DNA from: Craspedostauros australis
Lineage: Eukaryota
Assembly: GCA_030167865.1 (NCBI GenBank)
Contig: JALAGF010002951.1
Location: 1-57,162 of the forward strand
Reading direction: 5' to 3'
Length of the DNA stretch: 57,162 nt
Below the pieces are notes generated by a model that had not been told where the DNA came from, did no database searches, and saw only the letters and a list, made by a program, of their open reading frames with translations. Position 1 is the first letter of the stretch; each line of letters starts with the position of its first letter. Of this stretch, positions 19,634 through 30,984 are shown piece after piece. The translations under genes and the position numbers were made by a program.

Positions 19634-20324
19634 AGTTGGGCGGGGTACCATACCCGTGGATCGGAGCCAAGCTAAATGCAATAGAGCATAAAACAGGTTT
19701 GATGGAGCACAGAGTGCCACAGATGCCAGTCGCAAGTCTGCGCTCGGTCCCGATCAACAAGGCAGCCCAAGCCGATCGATCCACCCCAGTTTGCTTCTGC
19801 ATCGTCACCTCTTCGTGAAATGGTGGAGCGCTGTTGCTGTTTGTTTGCGTTTGTGGTCATGCGGTGTGGGTGGATCCGATCTGGCCGCAGAAGGCAATGT
19901 CGGCTGGTTTGTGTCATCGAGGGCGAAGAGCGAAACGTATCTTTGTGATTTTGTGACCCTGGCACAACCTGCTTGCTGACGTCAAAGTTCGCATTTATGG
20001 TTGGCTTCGGGTTCTCATCCCTCACAACCATCACATGCCATCACATCAACTCGAAAGAGAGAAGAAAGAACGCTTCCACGCTCGCTGCAACCACCGCGGA
20101 TTCCTCTCACACAGTGCTCGTGCGTCAAGATCGGACACCAACAACGCCAACATGAACATCAACGAGGGCACTACTAGTAGTACTATGACCACCACTCCAC
20201 AAGACCATAATCACAGCCATCAGCAAACCATCACGAGCCATTCTATTGTATTCTATTCTATAATATTGCACTATACCATACCATCAGAAACGCGGACACT
20301 CACATTCACCGACCCATCATCAAC

Positions 20325-20804
20325 ATGAAGCTCTCCAACATCTCCAGGCTCGCGATCGTCGGCTGCGGCGTCTCCTTGTTCCTGTCGAGCTCCACAGCGG
20401 ATGCGTTCGCGCCAGCACCATCGTCCCACGCGGCGCAACGATCCTGCTCGGCCCATTCCATGATGAAGCTCAATGACATCGACCTGATGGCCATCAAGAA
20501 CGTCGCCGAGATGTGCCTGCACTCGGAGGACTTCTCGCCCAGCACCGAGGGCGACTGCGACCTGGAGGAGCACGAGGCCTTGGTCAACCAGCTGAGGGAG
20601 CAGCGCAACATCCTGGCAGCTCAGGTGAAGGAAATCAACGAGCTGATCAGCGAGCTCAAGGGCCACACAGTGGAAGGGCACACACTCAGCGAGTACATCC
20701 AGGAGGAGGAAGTGGAAGACAAGGTGCCCGTGTTGGTTGGAGTGACGCAGGGTGAGGGAGGCCAAGGCAGCGTCTCCACGGGCTCGTCAAACTTGTCGCC
20801 GTGA
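20325..20804 (+). CDS. Small plastid-targeted protein of unknown function (159 aa) with a Cys pair and a coiled coil
   Basis: Signal peptide ending ADA-FAPAP (canonical ASAFAP-type), a transit peptide, strong G/C-ending codon bias, then EMCLH...GDCDLEEHEALVNQLREQRNILAAQVKEINELISELK. Confidence 0.8.
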   Translation: MKLSNISRLAIVGCGVSLFLSSSTADAFAPAPSSHAAQRSCSAHSMMKLNDIDLMAIKNVAEMCLHSEDFSPSTEGDCDLEEHEALVNQLREQRNILAAQVKEINELISELKGHTVEGHTLSEYIQEEEVEDKVPVLVGVTQGEGGQGSVSTGSSNLSP

Positions 20805-21495
20805 TTTGCGATTTCGTCATTCGCAATGAACATGCAATGCGCACGATGCAGCACACAACAAACAGCATGGGGCACGCAAAATATTCGGCTATGGCGACGG
20901 CTATGGCATGAATAGACTCGGAGGAGCAGTGTCATCATTCAAGAAGTCCGGCAGCAGAAAGGAAGTAACGCTCCCGCTTGTGTGTGCAATAACACCATAA
21001 ACAAACAACTATGATATCACGGATCATGAGCCAACAGAAGCAGCAGAGAGCGACCCTCGAGTGCAACTGCAATCACTGATAGCCCTTGAGTGTTTCCAGA
21101 TGCTCCACAAACTATGTTAATAGAATACGATAGCATTCGATTTCCGTGATTGATGTATGCGGGCTGATCCTTCAAGAGGCACTCATACCTTTCGGCAGTG
21201 CTGCCCATCGGATCAGAGCGCAAACCAATTGTAACAGGGCACGGTCCTCGTACTACTACATACCATTGCTCCTACATCAATCGGCAGCCGCGAGAAGGAT
21301 ACATGTATAATCGAATAGACTAGTATGCAAGGAAAACAAAGGACAACTTGACAACGGATCAAGAAACACGCTGGAGACGCTTCAAGTATGTATTGGCGGA
21401 AGGAAAGGACTGTATTCTACGTATGCAACGTGGATTCCTCCAATTGGAAGCACATTTCGTATCGTTCAGTAGTCGTATGATACAATACTCGGGCT

Positions 21496-23115
21496 TCACA
21501 GTCCCATCTCAATCTCTTTGGCAATCGGATCCATGACAGCCCGTTTTTTGTGTTTTGTAATGTCCGTCTTGACGTGGTAGACGAAGAGGCGCGTGCAGTT
21601 GTCACCCAGCGGTTCGAACTCTGACATGTCGTCCATCAGCAAGCCCATGAACTGGTCCTCATCCATGCCTGGCCTAGCGGCAATCTCGAAACGAGGCGGC
21701 TTCTTGCCCTTGAGAAGATCCGTGTGAAACGCGAACGATGCCATGTCTATGGGAAACCGACGACCGGCGACCCAGTTGGTGTACATCAGGTCGACCTTCC
21801 CAGTCGTCGTGTTGACCCGACAGCGTTCGTGGGTTGCGCCGCCGACAAACGCAACTCCCATGGTCCCTATCCGTTTGATCTTGCGAATTTCCGAAAACAG
21901 TTGGACTGCGCGAGGCCAACTCAGAGCAAGGCAAGCATTGAGCAATACCGCATGGTCGTGTGTGAGTGCGCTGTGCGAAGATGTTGTGCACACAGCATAT
22001 TCGCAGTGCCATGCTTGTCAGAACAAAACACTTGCAGAGCAGAGTGCTGGGAATAGCAATCGGCCAAACAGCCAACGCATGGGGCTGCCTTGTATTGTGC
22101 TGCGTTGGAACAAGGAAAGCAACCACAGGGTATCTCGGTAGCGTCGATCCGCATCCCACTCACCATGATAGCCATTGTCGTCGTCTCCAAAGTACACAAT
22201 GCCTGATCGATTGTTCGCCAGGAAGTATTCCTCCACAATGGACATGCCTCGATTCCGCTGCGATCTGCCACGTTTCGAATAGGGCTGCGCCTTCGGCGAT
22301 GGTTCTGCCACATGCGCGAAGGGGATGGTTCCGACCGAACGTTCGAGCAGATGACGCACATTCTTGGAGCAGTTGTGGCTGTCCTCAACGACGATCCAGT
22401 AGATCAGACCTCGATCAGTCTTGCGAGGAGCCGTGGCATTGTGCAGCGACAACGATGACGACGGCGGTCGCTGTGCCGATGCCGCGAGGATTCCCTCCAA
22501 ACTATCCGCAAGCATGGCCTCCTGTATGCGCATCATGTCCACCATCTGCGTCTGTCGTCTGTAGGTCGGCGTGATGAAGAAGATGATGGGTTCCTCCTGC
22601 ATGCCGTAATAGAACGAGCTTGGGTTTTGGTATATGTACTTGTCGATATCGTCCAGCGTGATGCTGTGCTCCGCCATGTTGTCGTGGGCATATCTGGGTG
22701 CGTAATCGTGCACCGTGCGGGGGATGCTCTGATAGGGATACTCGTAGGCTTCCCTGAGTCTTTGCATAGCCAGCTGGTCCATCCTCAGCTGTATTTGTCT
22801 GTCCTCATCGTCCACTCTGCCATTGTCATTGTCATTGCGATTGGCATTGTCATTGCGATTGCGATTGTCATTGCCACTGTCGCTGTCGCCGTCATTCCCA
22901 TCGTTCTCCGTGGCACCGAGACCCGCAACGGTGTTGATGAGCTCGGAAGGATCGAACGTGATGGAGGAAACATCCACGAAGGTGCCCGTGATCTTGGATT
23001 GCTGGTAGATCGAAGCGCACACGATGCAGCACATCAGGAGGAAGCCGCCTACTTTCAATCCTGCATTTGTGTCACTCGCGGGCTTGTCTGCCTTCTTCCT
23101 GCTTTGCTTCGCCAT
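21496..23115 (-). CDS. Glycosyltransferase family 43 (beta-1,3-glucuronosyltransferase-like), 2 exons: 23115-22164 and 21905-21496, about 453 aa
   Basis: Type II TM anchor. GT43 motifs IFFITPTYRR, WIVVED, RGRSQRN, GIVYFGDDDNGYH|VQLFSEIR and RRFPIDMASFAF. Frame-consistent intron 22163-21906 (G/gtgagt...cgcag/TC). Confidence 0.92.
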
Positions 23116-23909
23116 CGTTCGTTGGATGGTTGGCGGCGCCGATCTGGACGTTGACCAGGTATAGCACCTGTGGGGGTTGGCAAGGGTGTGCGAGTACGAT
23201 CGATTGGCAGCGAGGTGAGGTGAGGTGAGGGGTGGAGCGGGGTTCGTATAATATGGTACAAGTACGAGAGTAATAGAGTACACAGGATGGTCGTACTATC
23301 GATCGTATTCTATTATACAAGTAGAGATGATTGACGCCGAGTATAATGTATAATGTAATATGAGAGGAGCTATTGGTATGGAGGCTGAATGCAATACTCT
23401 GAGAACGAGGTATCGAGAGGCCCACGACAAAGTCGTCTCCAAGGATGTTTACAAGGCGTCTGTTGGAACAAAGTTGGCGGCGATTGTGCACAAAACAAAC
23501 CAACGTTTGCTGTTGAGCCCATGACCGTTAACAAGGCCCACGAACAATCCGGAGAAACTCATGGCGCCACAAACGCGAACTGTTCGCAGCCGTCTGACCT
23601 GTGAAGAGAGCAACTACTCTCTAGCTCGTAGAGAGAGTGAGAGAGTGTGTGTGTATGTGTATCAATATTGGTGGGGCGAATAGTGTGTTCCATGCTGTGA
23701 TTGGATCGGAGTCTGTAATACGAGGAGTAGAATAGACTTAGAGTACACTGAGACTATATGCACGAGTATGGTAGGCGATGAATATTTGGAGTGGGCTACG
23801 TACTCAGTCGTACACCAGCGTTTCTTGAAGCACCCTCACTATAGTATGTACGACCCAGAGAACGGGCACAACGCGATGTGTCGACAAGGACCGCATCCAT
23901 CCCATTGCC

Positions 23910-25865
23910 TCAAGAAGATTGCGAGATATGCCTCACGAGCGACAGCGTGTCCTTGAGCTCCGCTTGCGACGTGGTGCCGACGACGATGCGCGAGATCGCC
24001 GGTTCCTCCAGAACATGGCGCAGCGCCAGCTCTTGCAAAGGATAGTCGCCATCCAGCGATGGATACATGGGCGTTGGTTGCATGAGCGTGACAGGCGCAG
24101 ATGGCGCAGCATCGTCGCCGTCGGTGTCCCCTGCGGGACGTGGACCGGCGCCTTCCAGATCTTTCTCGGTCAATCCTTCCTTGAGTATCCTGCGGGTTTT
24201 GCGCGCGATGGTGTAGCGCACCGCCAGGGCGTAGGAAGAGAAGAAGGCCTGAAGGACATCGGAGGACGTTTCATCCAGCGCCTCGAAGGTGTCCGCCAGC
24301 AAGGGGATGATGCGTTGGTACAGGTCATCCTCGAAGACGTCGAGGCTGTTGTACTTGTCCATCGCGCTGTCGAGATCATGGAGCATGCTCTGGATGAGCT
24401 TGCAGCCATCGATGGTCTCGCGTTCCTCCGTGGTGAGATCGCGTTCCAGCTGCGCTTCGAGGATCGGTTCAGCATCGAAGTGCGACATGCAGGTCTGCAG
24501 GGCGACCTGGTAGATGGGCGGTGGGCCGTCCCATTGGTGAGTCCAATGCTTCTCATTGCCATGGGCGTCCTTGGATTTCGGCGTTGGACGTCTCTCCGCG
24601 GCGTCCTGGGCCGATTGGCTCATGTCGAGCGAGGTGACGGGATAGTCAAAGAGCTTGTACGGCTGCTCCATGCCGGTGCCGAGGAAGACGGGGTAGGCCG
24701 TGAGCGGGCGCATGGCCCAAATATCTAGGTCGTTGGGGGTGGTGGGCGTGGTGGTGGTCGACCGGTCTCCATCCAGTGCCGAGATCGCGTCCTGGAGCTC
24801 GCCTTTGATCTTCCTCGCCACCATGAGGCCATTCGGTTCGAGCATGTTGGCAGGCAGCTGCACGGTCGTGAATTTGGACATGCCATCGGTGCAGGGCGGC
24901 AGGAGGAGGGCGTGCGGCATGTGCAGCGGGTGCGTGGGCGGCAGACCCAAGCCATTGCTGACCAGGCCGAACTGGTTGATGGCATCTGAGGACTGCATGG
25001 TCTCCATGGCATCGCGCAGGATCGGGCGCAGGTACTCCATGCGCTCCTCCAGCGATGGCAGCTCACCAGCGATGGACGCCTCGGCATTCTGGATGTACTG
25101 CATGAGCTGCGCCTCCGGATTGTGGATCATCGGCATCCACGTGATCCGGGGTGCGCCGGCTGTATCGCAGAAGGAGGCGAGCGGTGACGTGCTGAGGTAG
25201 TGCTCGATGTAGTCCGGCGACAGGTTGTGCACGACGGTGTTCCTGACGATCGAATCCGACATCGCTTCTGTCGATTGTTTTGATCCTGTTGGTGGGGGTG
25301 AGGTGTTGCCCTGGCGCGCTTGCGGAGGAGCCGTGAGAGAGGTCTCCTCCACGACGACGTCTCCCGAGATGAGATCCTCCTGGCTGGACATCGCGGGCGG
25401 TGCGTTGGGCGATGCGCCGGTGGACCAGCTGCGGTAGCCCAGCCTGGAGGTGACGGTGATGGGATGGTTCTGCAGGAAGAGATCCGGCCTGTTGTTGAGG
25501 CACTCCTGCAGCGCGCTGACTAGCACCTGCTCGCCGCCCTCCTGCCCTGCCTCGATGAGCGTGACCCCCTGCTCCAGCGCCTCCCTGATGTAGAGCTCGT
25601 AGGATTGGGCGGTCTGCGCCACTCGGGTCCATTTGTGGCCTCCAAGTCCGAACGTGATCAGCGACGGGGCCTGTTCCTCTGCCAGCGTCGCCATGGTTCT
25701 CCTCTTGCCATTGCCGCCATTGCTCACATTGCCGTTGCCATGCACACTCAACGCCCAAGTTGACTGGCATGTTGACTGAGCATGCAGACACGATCCAAGC
25801 AACCGTCGCCGCGGACGGCGCAGCTGCCTCCAGCCATGCTTCAGCATCGTCATCTTGACTGTCAT
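23910..25865 (-). CDS. Aldo-keto reductase-fold protein, divergent, with mitochondrial-type presequence (about 651 aa)
   Basis: First plausible ATG at 25865 (MTVKMTMLKHGWRQLRRPRRRLLG). AKR-like segments FGLGG, EALEQGVTLIE, HNLSPDYI, IHNPE, FGLVSN, VQLPANMLE, WAMRPL and LQELALRHVL...IVVGTTS..ELKDTL. The exact start codon is uncertain. Confidence 0.75.
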   Translation of the reverse strand: MTVKMTMLKHGWRQLRRPRRRLLGSCLHAQSTCQSTWALSVHGNGNVSNGGNGKRRTMATLAEEQAPSLITFGLGGHKWTRVAQTAQSYELYIREALEQGVTLIEAGQEGGEQVLVSALQECLNNRPDLFLQNHPITVTSRLGYRSWSTGASPNAPPAMSSQEDLISGDVVVEETSLTAPPQARQGNTSPPPTGSKQSTEAMSDSIVRNTVVHNLSPDYIEHYLSTSPLASFCDTAGAPRITWMPMIHNPEAQLMQYIQNAEASIAGELPSLEERMEYLRPILRDAMETMQSSDAINQFGLVSNGLGLPPTHPLHMPHALLLPPCTDGMSKFTTVQLPANMLEPNGLMVARKIKGELQDAISALDGDRSTTTTPTTPNDLDIWAMRPLTAYPVFLGTGMEQPYKLFDYPVTSLDMSQSAQDAAERRPTPKSKDAHGNEKHWTHQWDGPPPIYQVALQTCMSHFDAEPILEAQLERDLTTEERETIDGCKLIQSMLHDLDSAMDKYNSLDVFEDDLYQRIIPLLADTFEALDETSSDVLQAFFSSYALAVRYTIARKTRRILKEGLTEKDLEGAGPRPAGDTDGDDAAPSAPVTLMQPTPMYPSLDGDYPLQELALRHVLEEPAISRIVVGTTSQAELKDTLSLVRHISQSS

Positions 25866-26781
25866 CGTTGGTGCCTTGTTGCCTTGTTGCCTTGGTGCAA
25901 TGGTATGGTAGGTACTGGTATCTTTCTCGTAGAATAGTATTCTATGCAATGGAATACAATACGACTCGTCGCCACCTTGATGATTATTTGCAGATGATGG
26001 GTATTGTGGATGATGAGTGATGATGGGTATTGTGGATGATGCTTCGGCCAGGGAATGGCGCAAGTGTGCGCAGATGTGGTGGCGACAGAGGAACAAAGCG
26101 AAACGAAACGAGAGATCGTGAAAGATCGGGCGACACCGTTCTCTTTTGCCCCTTTAATCCAATGGGTCAAACCATGCGCCATGATGACGTCATGACGGAA
26201 CAATCGCGTCATGATTGTGCCCAACGGTTGATGATCAGACAAGACAGATCGTGTTGCGCCAACCAATCGTGTTTTTTTCCGCGATTTGCAGATTTGCGTG
26301 ATGCCGAAAGAACCTCCCATCACACCGGCGTCGGTATCCGTCATCGTGCGAGCAGTATCCACATCTGCATCCACATCTGCATCCACATCGGTATCTTCGT
26401 TCATGTCTGCATTGTTATCTGCATCTGCATCTTCATCTGCATCTGTCCCTTGACCCATCACCAAGCAACAGAGATAGTGAGAGCGAGAGGACTCGAAAGA
26501 GAGCCAACCCCAACCCCCACGGTGCTTAGCATTGCGAGACTTCGGAGATCGTCGAGTTAACGTCATCGTCGTCATCGCCGCTCGATCTGTCTTCATTCGT
26601 CGACCAACAACCCGGCTCTATCGGTTGTCGCTCCACACTGGATATAGTATCGGTATTATAGAATAGACTAGAATATTATAGAATAGTATTCTATACAATA
26701 CTTGGTAACGCCAAGTAATCGTGCTCAGCACACAATTGCACTCGGCAGAACTGAGCATCAGCATCGCTGCTGAAATCAAAG

Positions 26782-27750
26782 ATGGCGCCGTCTTCCAAGA
26801 ACAAGGATAAGGATGAGGACAATAAGAAGGACAAGGAGCGTCGTGACGAAGACGACGAGGAGAGCCACGATCGTGGCAGCGACTCCGACCAAAGCAACGA
26901 CGGTGATGATGATGATGATCGCCGCAAGCGAAGCAGAAAGAGCAGGAGCAAACGAAGCAACAGCAGCAGCAGAAGGAGGAAGCGATCCAGCAAGAAGAGC
27001 AAGAAGCGCCGCCGTGACCACAACAGTGACAGTGACAGCGATAGTGAAAGCGACAGCGACAGCGATGACAGCCGAAGCTATTCGAGCAGCGATAGTGACA
27101 GCAGTAGCGATCGTTCCCGATCCAAGAAGCGCAGCAAGAAGAAAAAGAAGCGCAGCAAGAGCAGAAGCAAAAGCAAGCGAAAGAGCAAGAAGCACAAAAA
27201 GGAGAAGAAGGACAAGAAGGCATCCTCCAAATCGGCCCCTCCCCTCCCCGTCTTCGGTCAGTTTGGCATCCTCAGGCAGACGGACTATCACAAGGAAAAA
27301 GTCCAGCACTCCTTCCGACGGTGGCTGGAAGAAGTCAAGGGCGTTCCACCCACAACCTCCGTGCCCAAGTACGAGCTGCAGGACCACTACAAGGACTACA
27401 TGGAGGACTTCAACACCGCCACCTTGCCGCATCAGAAGTACTACGATTATGAAAAGTGGGAGATGGAGGAATACGAAAAGGAAAAGCGCAAACGTGCCAA
27501 GGTCAGCGCCACATCCTCTTCTGCTCGCAGTGATGCCATGGAGCACGCACGGCGGCAGCAGGAGAAGATGCAAAACAAGCACAAGCAGGAGAAGGAGATG
27601 GCCCTGCAGCTCATGAGGAATTCATCCTCCAAGATCAAGGAGATGAAGCATCAAGAGCAGCTCCGCACGCAGATGGCGCATGCCTTCAAGACGGGGGACA
27701 CGGCCACCTACCAGCGGCTGAAGAAGAGGTTGACACCGGAGGATCGCTAA
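26782..27750 (+). CDS. Conserved uncharacterised nuclear protein: S/R/K/D-rich N-half plus a conserved small domain and coiled coil (322 aa)
   Basis: Clean ORF. The domain FGQFGILRQTDY...FRRWLEEVK...DYMEDFNTATLPHQKYYDYEKWE resembles a broadly conserved eukaryotic family of unknown function. Confidence 0.8.
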   Translation: MAPSSKNKDKDEDNKKDKERRDEDDEESHDRGSDSDQSNDGDDDDDRRKRSRKSRSKRSNSSSRRRKRSSKKSKKRRRDHNSDSDSDSESDSDSDDSRSYSSSDSDSSSDRSRSKKRSKKKKKRSKSRSKSKRKSKKHKKEKKDKKASSKSAPPLPVFGQFGILRQTDYHKEKVQHSFRRWLEEVKGVPPTTSVPKYELQDHYKDYMEDFNTATLPHQKYYDYEKWEMEEYEKEKRKRAKVSATSSSARSDAMEHARRQQEKMQNKHKQEKEMALQLMRNSSSKIKEMKHQEQLRTQMAHAFKTGDTATYQRLKKRLTPEDR

Positions 27751-30700
27751 ATAGAGTGTGTGCGTGTGTGGGTGTGTGAGAGAGAGAGAATCATCGAAAG
27801 AGGGGAAGCGCCAAGCTGATTCGCAGCATTGAATCAGATGATGGCATGATGATGAAGAGTACGGGGTGTCCTCCTGCGAGGAATGAAGTGTTCCCGGATT
27901 GCTGATGCATTACCTGGCCACAACTAGCATACCCGATTGGGAGTCGAAGGCAGAAGACTCCAGACGATTCAACAATTCTCTGCCAAAGAGTGAGGATCTA
28001 CTCCTGAGCACACGCCTAATACAGCAACACAATTATGATTCTGGTTTTTGCACTTACACGACGAAGAACTTTGGGTGGCCATGCAGGAGAACTGTGACTT
28101 CGCGAAGTAGAGGGATCACCCGGCCGAGCGCAAAGGTACGACTACCCATTCGAGCTACCATGTCCGCATCCGTACCTGCACCCGTACCCGCAACTATACT
28201 AGCTGCTCTCTTCCCCAGCCATGGACATGCGCGCAAGTTGCGGAGCTTTCATCCATGACCCACTCTTCAACGACTGATTCAGGCATGGCGCTCGCACGAG
28301 CCAAGGCATGCGATGTGATGCGTACCCGCAAAAAACCAGAGATGGTTGTTTGTCCAATCCGCGGTGCACCAATCATCTGCTGGGTTGCTATAGGCTCCAT
28401 TGATTTGCCGCAAGGATCCAGACTACTCGCAGAGCGAACAGGGCATGGTATGGCGCAGCAGAACCAGTATGGTCAAGCGGAGTCAATGCTGCCCCACCTT
28501 CGAAGTACGTATCTACGTAGCTCGCATCATACCCGTACGAGTATATAGTACGTTGACGAGCACGCTTGGCTTGTATGTGCTCGGAGGAGGCATGTCTCTT
28601 GATGGAAACATGGCACAAGGACAACAACAATGGTGATCGGCGTCCAGTTCGGTCTTGCCAACGCCGCTTGCCTGGACATTGTCTCTGCCAGTCATGGGTC
28701 GGTGTGCAGGTTGAACTTTTGCACTGCCGGGCATGTACAATAGATCGTAGCACAAGTAGCTCGTATGTGTCTGCTCTGAACTGGAGCGCTGCCCACCAAA
28801 CTCACCTTATCACTCGCTGCTATCTCTCTTCGCTGGGGTTTGGATCGGACTTCTTGTGCTCGCACACGCTGTCATTCCGTTGTTCTGTCCCCCTCTCTCT
28901 CCAGAAGTGTTCACGTTCGGTGTCTCCTCCGGCCCGGGACACTCGCGGCGATCTCACTTTCCCTCTTGCCCAGATGGAACCGCCTCTGTCTTTTTGATTT
29001 GCTGCGGAGCTGAAGCAGATGTGATCGTGGCGTCCGAAGCGCGTGGCTGTTGTCGATATTTGTTTAATTGTTTGGATGGATGGATGGATGGATGGGTGGA
29101 GTACTGTCCAGTATGGTATGGTATTATACATCGGAGCGCTTACAGAGCACATGCCGAAGGAGGTGTGAACGCAGAACCAATCTGACGAACTTTGGAGCTT
29201 TGGTACTGACATTGTCTCCAACTTGCTTGGGTCACCCAGAGTCCACCTCTCCTCGCTGCCCACTCATCCCACGAACAACATGCGATGCTGAGAAGTAGTC
29301 GTACCCGGAATAGCGGGTCAGCCAAGACCATGCCAGGTCAGCTGGGGTGAAGCCAGACATCATCGGAGGCCAGCACAGAGGAGCTGAAAAAGCGTGATCC
29401 ACGCAGACTAATCCTCTCCGTTGCTGGGGAGGAAGAGACGAGTGTCTCTGACAATTCTACCCACAATATGTCGTATCGCGAAGGTGGTTGCGGCGTAGAA
29501 TGTAAATGAATTGACACATCCATAGCTTCCGCAGAGAGGCCTGATTCTCCGTTCCGGGGAGGTCACACAATCCGGCACTAGACACGACGCGACGACATCA
29601 TCCAAAGACACAACGTGGGGAGATCAGACACAACTATATGGTCGTACGGGTACCGATGCTATTCTGTTCTATGCACAGCCTTCTCCCCTTTGATACATCC
29701 TTGTAGCTCTTGCGAGTACCAGGGGGTGAAAGCGCCAAAGAGAGAGAGAGAGAGAGATCCAAAGATGGAAGTCGGAGCAAGCACAGGAACAAGAGGAAGA
29801 ACAAAAGCAGGAGCAGCGCATGCCTCAATGGCACGCAACTCCCCCGCAAGAGAGCGAGAAGAAGAATGCGAGGCGATGCGATGCAGCGAGCCAGGCTGTT
29901 CTACTTCTGTGGGCAATCGTGGGCGCGGCACAACGTACGTACGTATGGGACGTCGAGGAGCCGGCTGTGGAGAGGGGCAGTGTCCCAACAACTATTCTGG
30001 TGAGCGAGGCAGCTCGCACCATGGATCGTACATTTCATAGTCGTAGGTAGTAGTAGTAGTTTGTACTCGTACGGGTCCGTGGTATTGTTCCTCACAAAGG
30101 GAAGATCTTCGCGAGGAGCGTATTTAATGAGCAAGTGAGGTTGTTGACATGACAAATGCTTGGTTCGCCCCTCCGATTCATTTGGTTTGCTTCGGCGCTT
30201 CTTCTCTGGAGAGGTGATATCGCTCTGCTCGCGTCACCCATGCTCATCAGGAGTGGAAAAGACCCTGCAAGCGCCCGTTCATACCACCACACTTCGCCAT
30301 TGCGAGAATGGCTTCTTCCATCACAGCAAACGAGCACGAGTTTCGATGCAGGGAGATCGGAGATTGCATGCAGAGCAGCCAACTCCGGCTCGTCAAGCGT
30401 ACTCCATGTAGGAGCTACGAACAAGGCACCTCAAGGTGACCTCGTCCAGGCCATCACAGCCACGAGAACCGCTGTGCGGGAGTTGCACCTCTCGGACATG
30501 GACAAGATGCGCATTGCGCGTCGACTGGTCACGAGCTTCTGCTCTGTGAGGATTTCTATCTCACACGCTCGCAGCCCTGGTTGTTTGCATCTTCATCATC
30601 AGGACCCCGGCCATGGAAGGCATTCCATCCACATTTTCTGACACTGAATCGCACTGAACCTTCCTATTCGCCAACAGATCTGAAGATTCATCATCTCGCA

Positions 30701-30984
30701 GTCAGCGACTCCACTAACGAAGATCCGTCGTTCCGTCCAACCACCATTCGCCATCTTTGCACGTCATCTGCGCCCAACTTCGTTTCTGAATCTCTTTGTT
30801 CTCGTACACAATCGCAGAGCAGAGCAGCGTGGAGCAGCTCCATCGCTTCCTTCGATGTCATAAAAAGGATCAGCCAATAGCCAACAACCAATAACCATCG
30901 ATCAGCGAAGAACCAGCAACCAGCAACTTGCAACGACCATTGCCAACCCAGAGTTTAAGTCCATAGCAAGTCCGCAGTGCAATC

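Noticed and set aside
20802..20830. TGA followed by a small hairpin, considered as selenocysteine or readthrough
   Set aside because: Only a 6-bp stem, no convincing SECIS, and the downstream frame looks non-coding.
2216..23115. Sulfotransferase-like + MFS + GT43 as a glycan biosynthetic gene cluster
   Set aside because: Spread over about 21 kb and interleaved with unrelated genes; no evidence of co-regulation from sequence alone.
25866..26096. N-terminal extension of the AKR-like ORF in the track
   Set aside because: Non-ATG start and UTR-like low-complexity sequence.
26618..27616. Overlapping 200-270 aa ORFs around the S/K-rich gene
   Set aside because: Alternative-frame and antisense products of low-complexity coding sequence.
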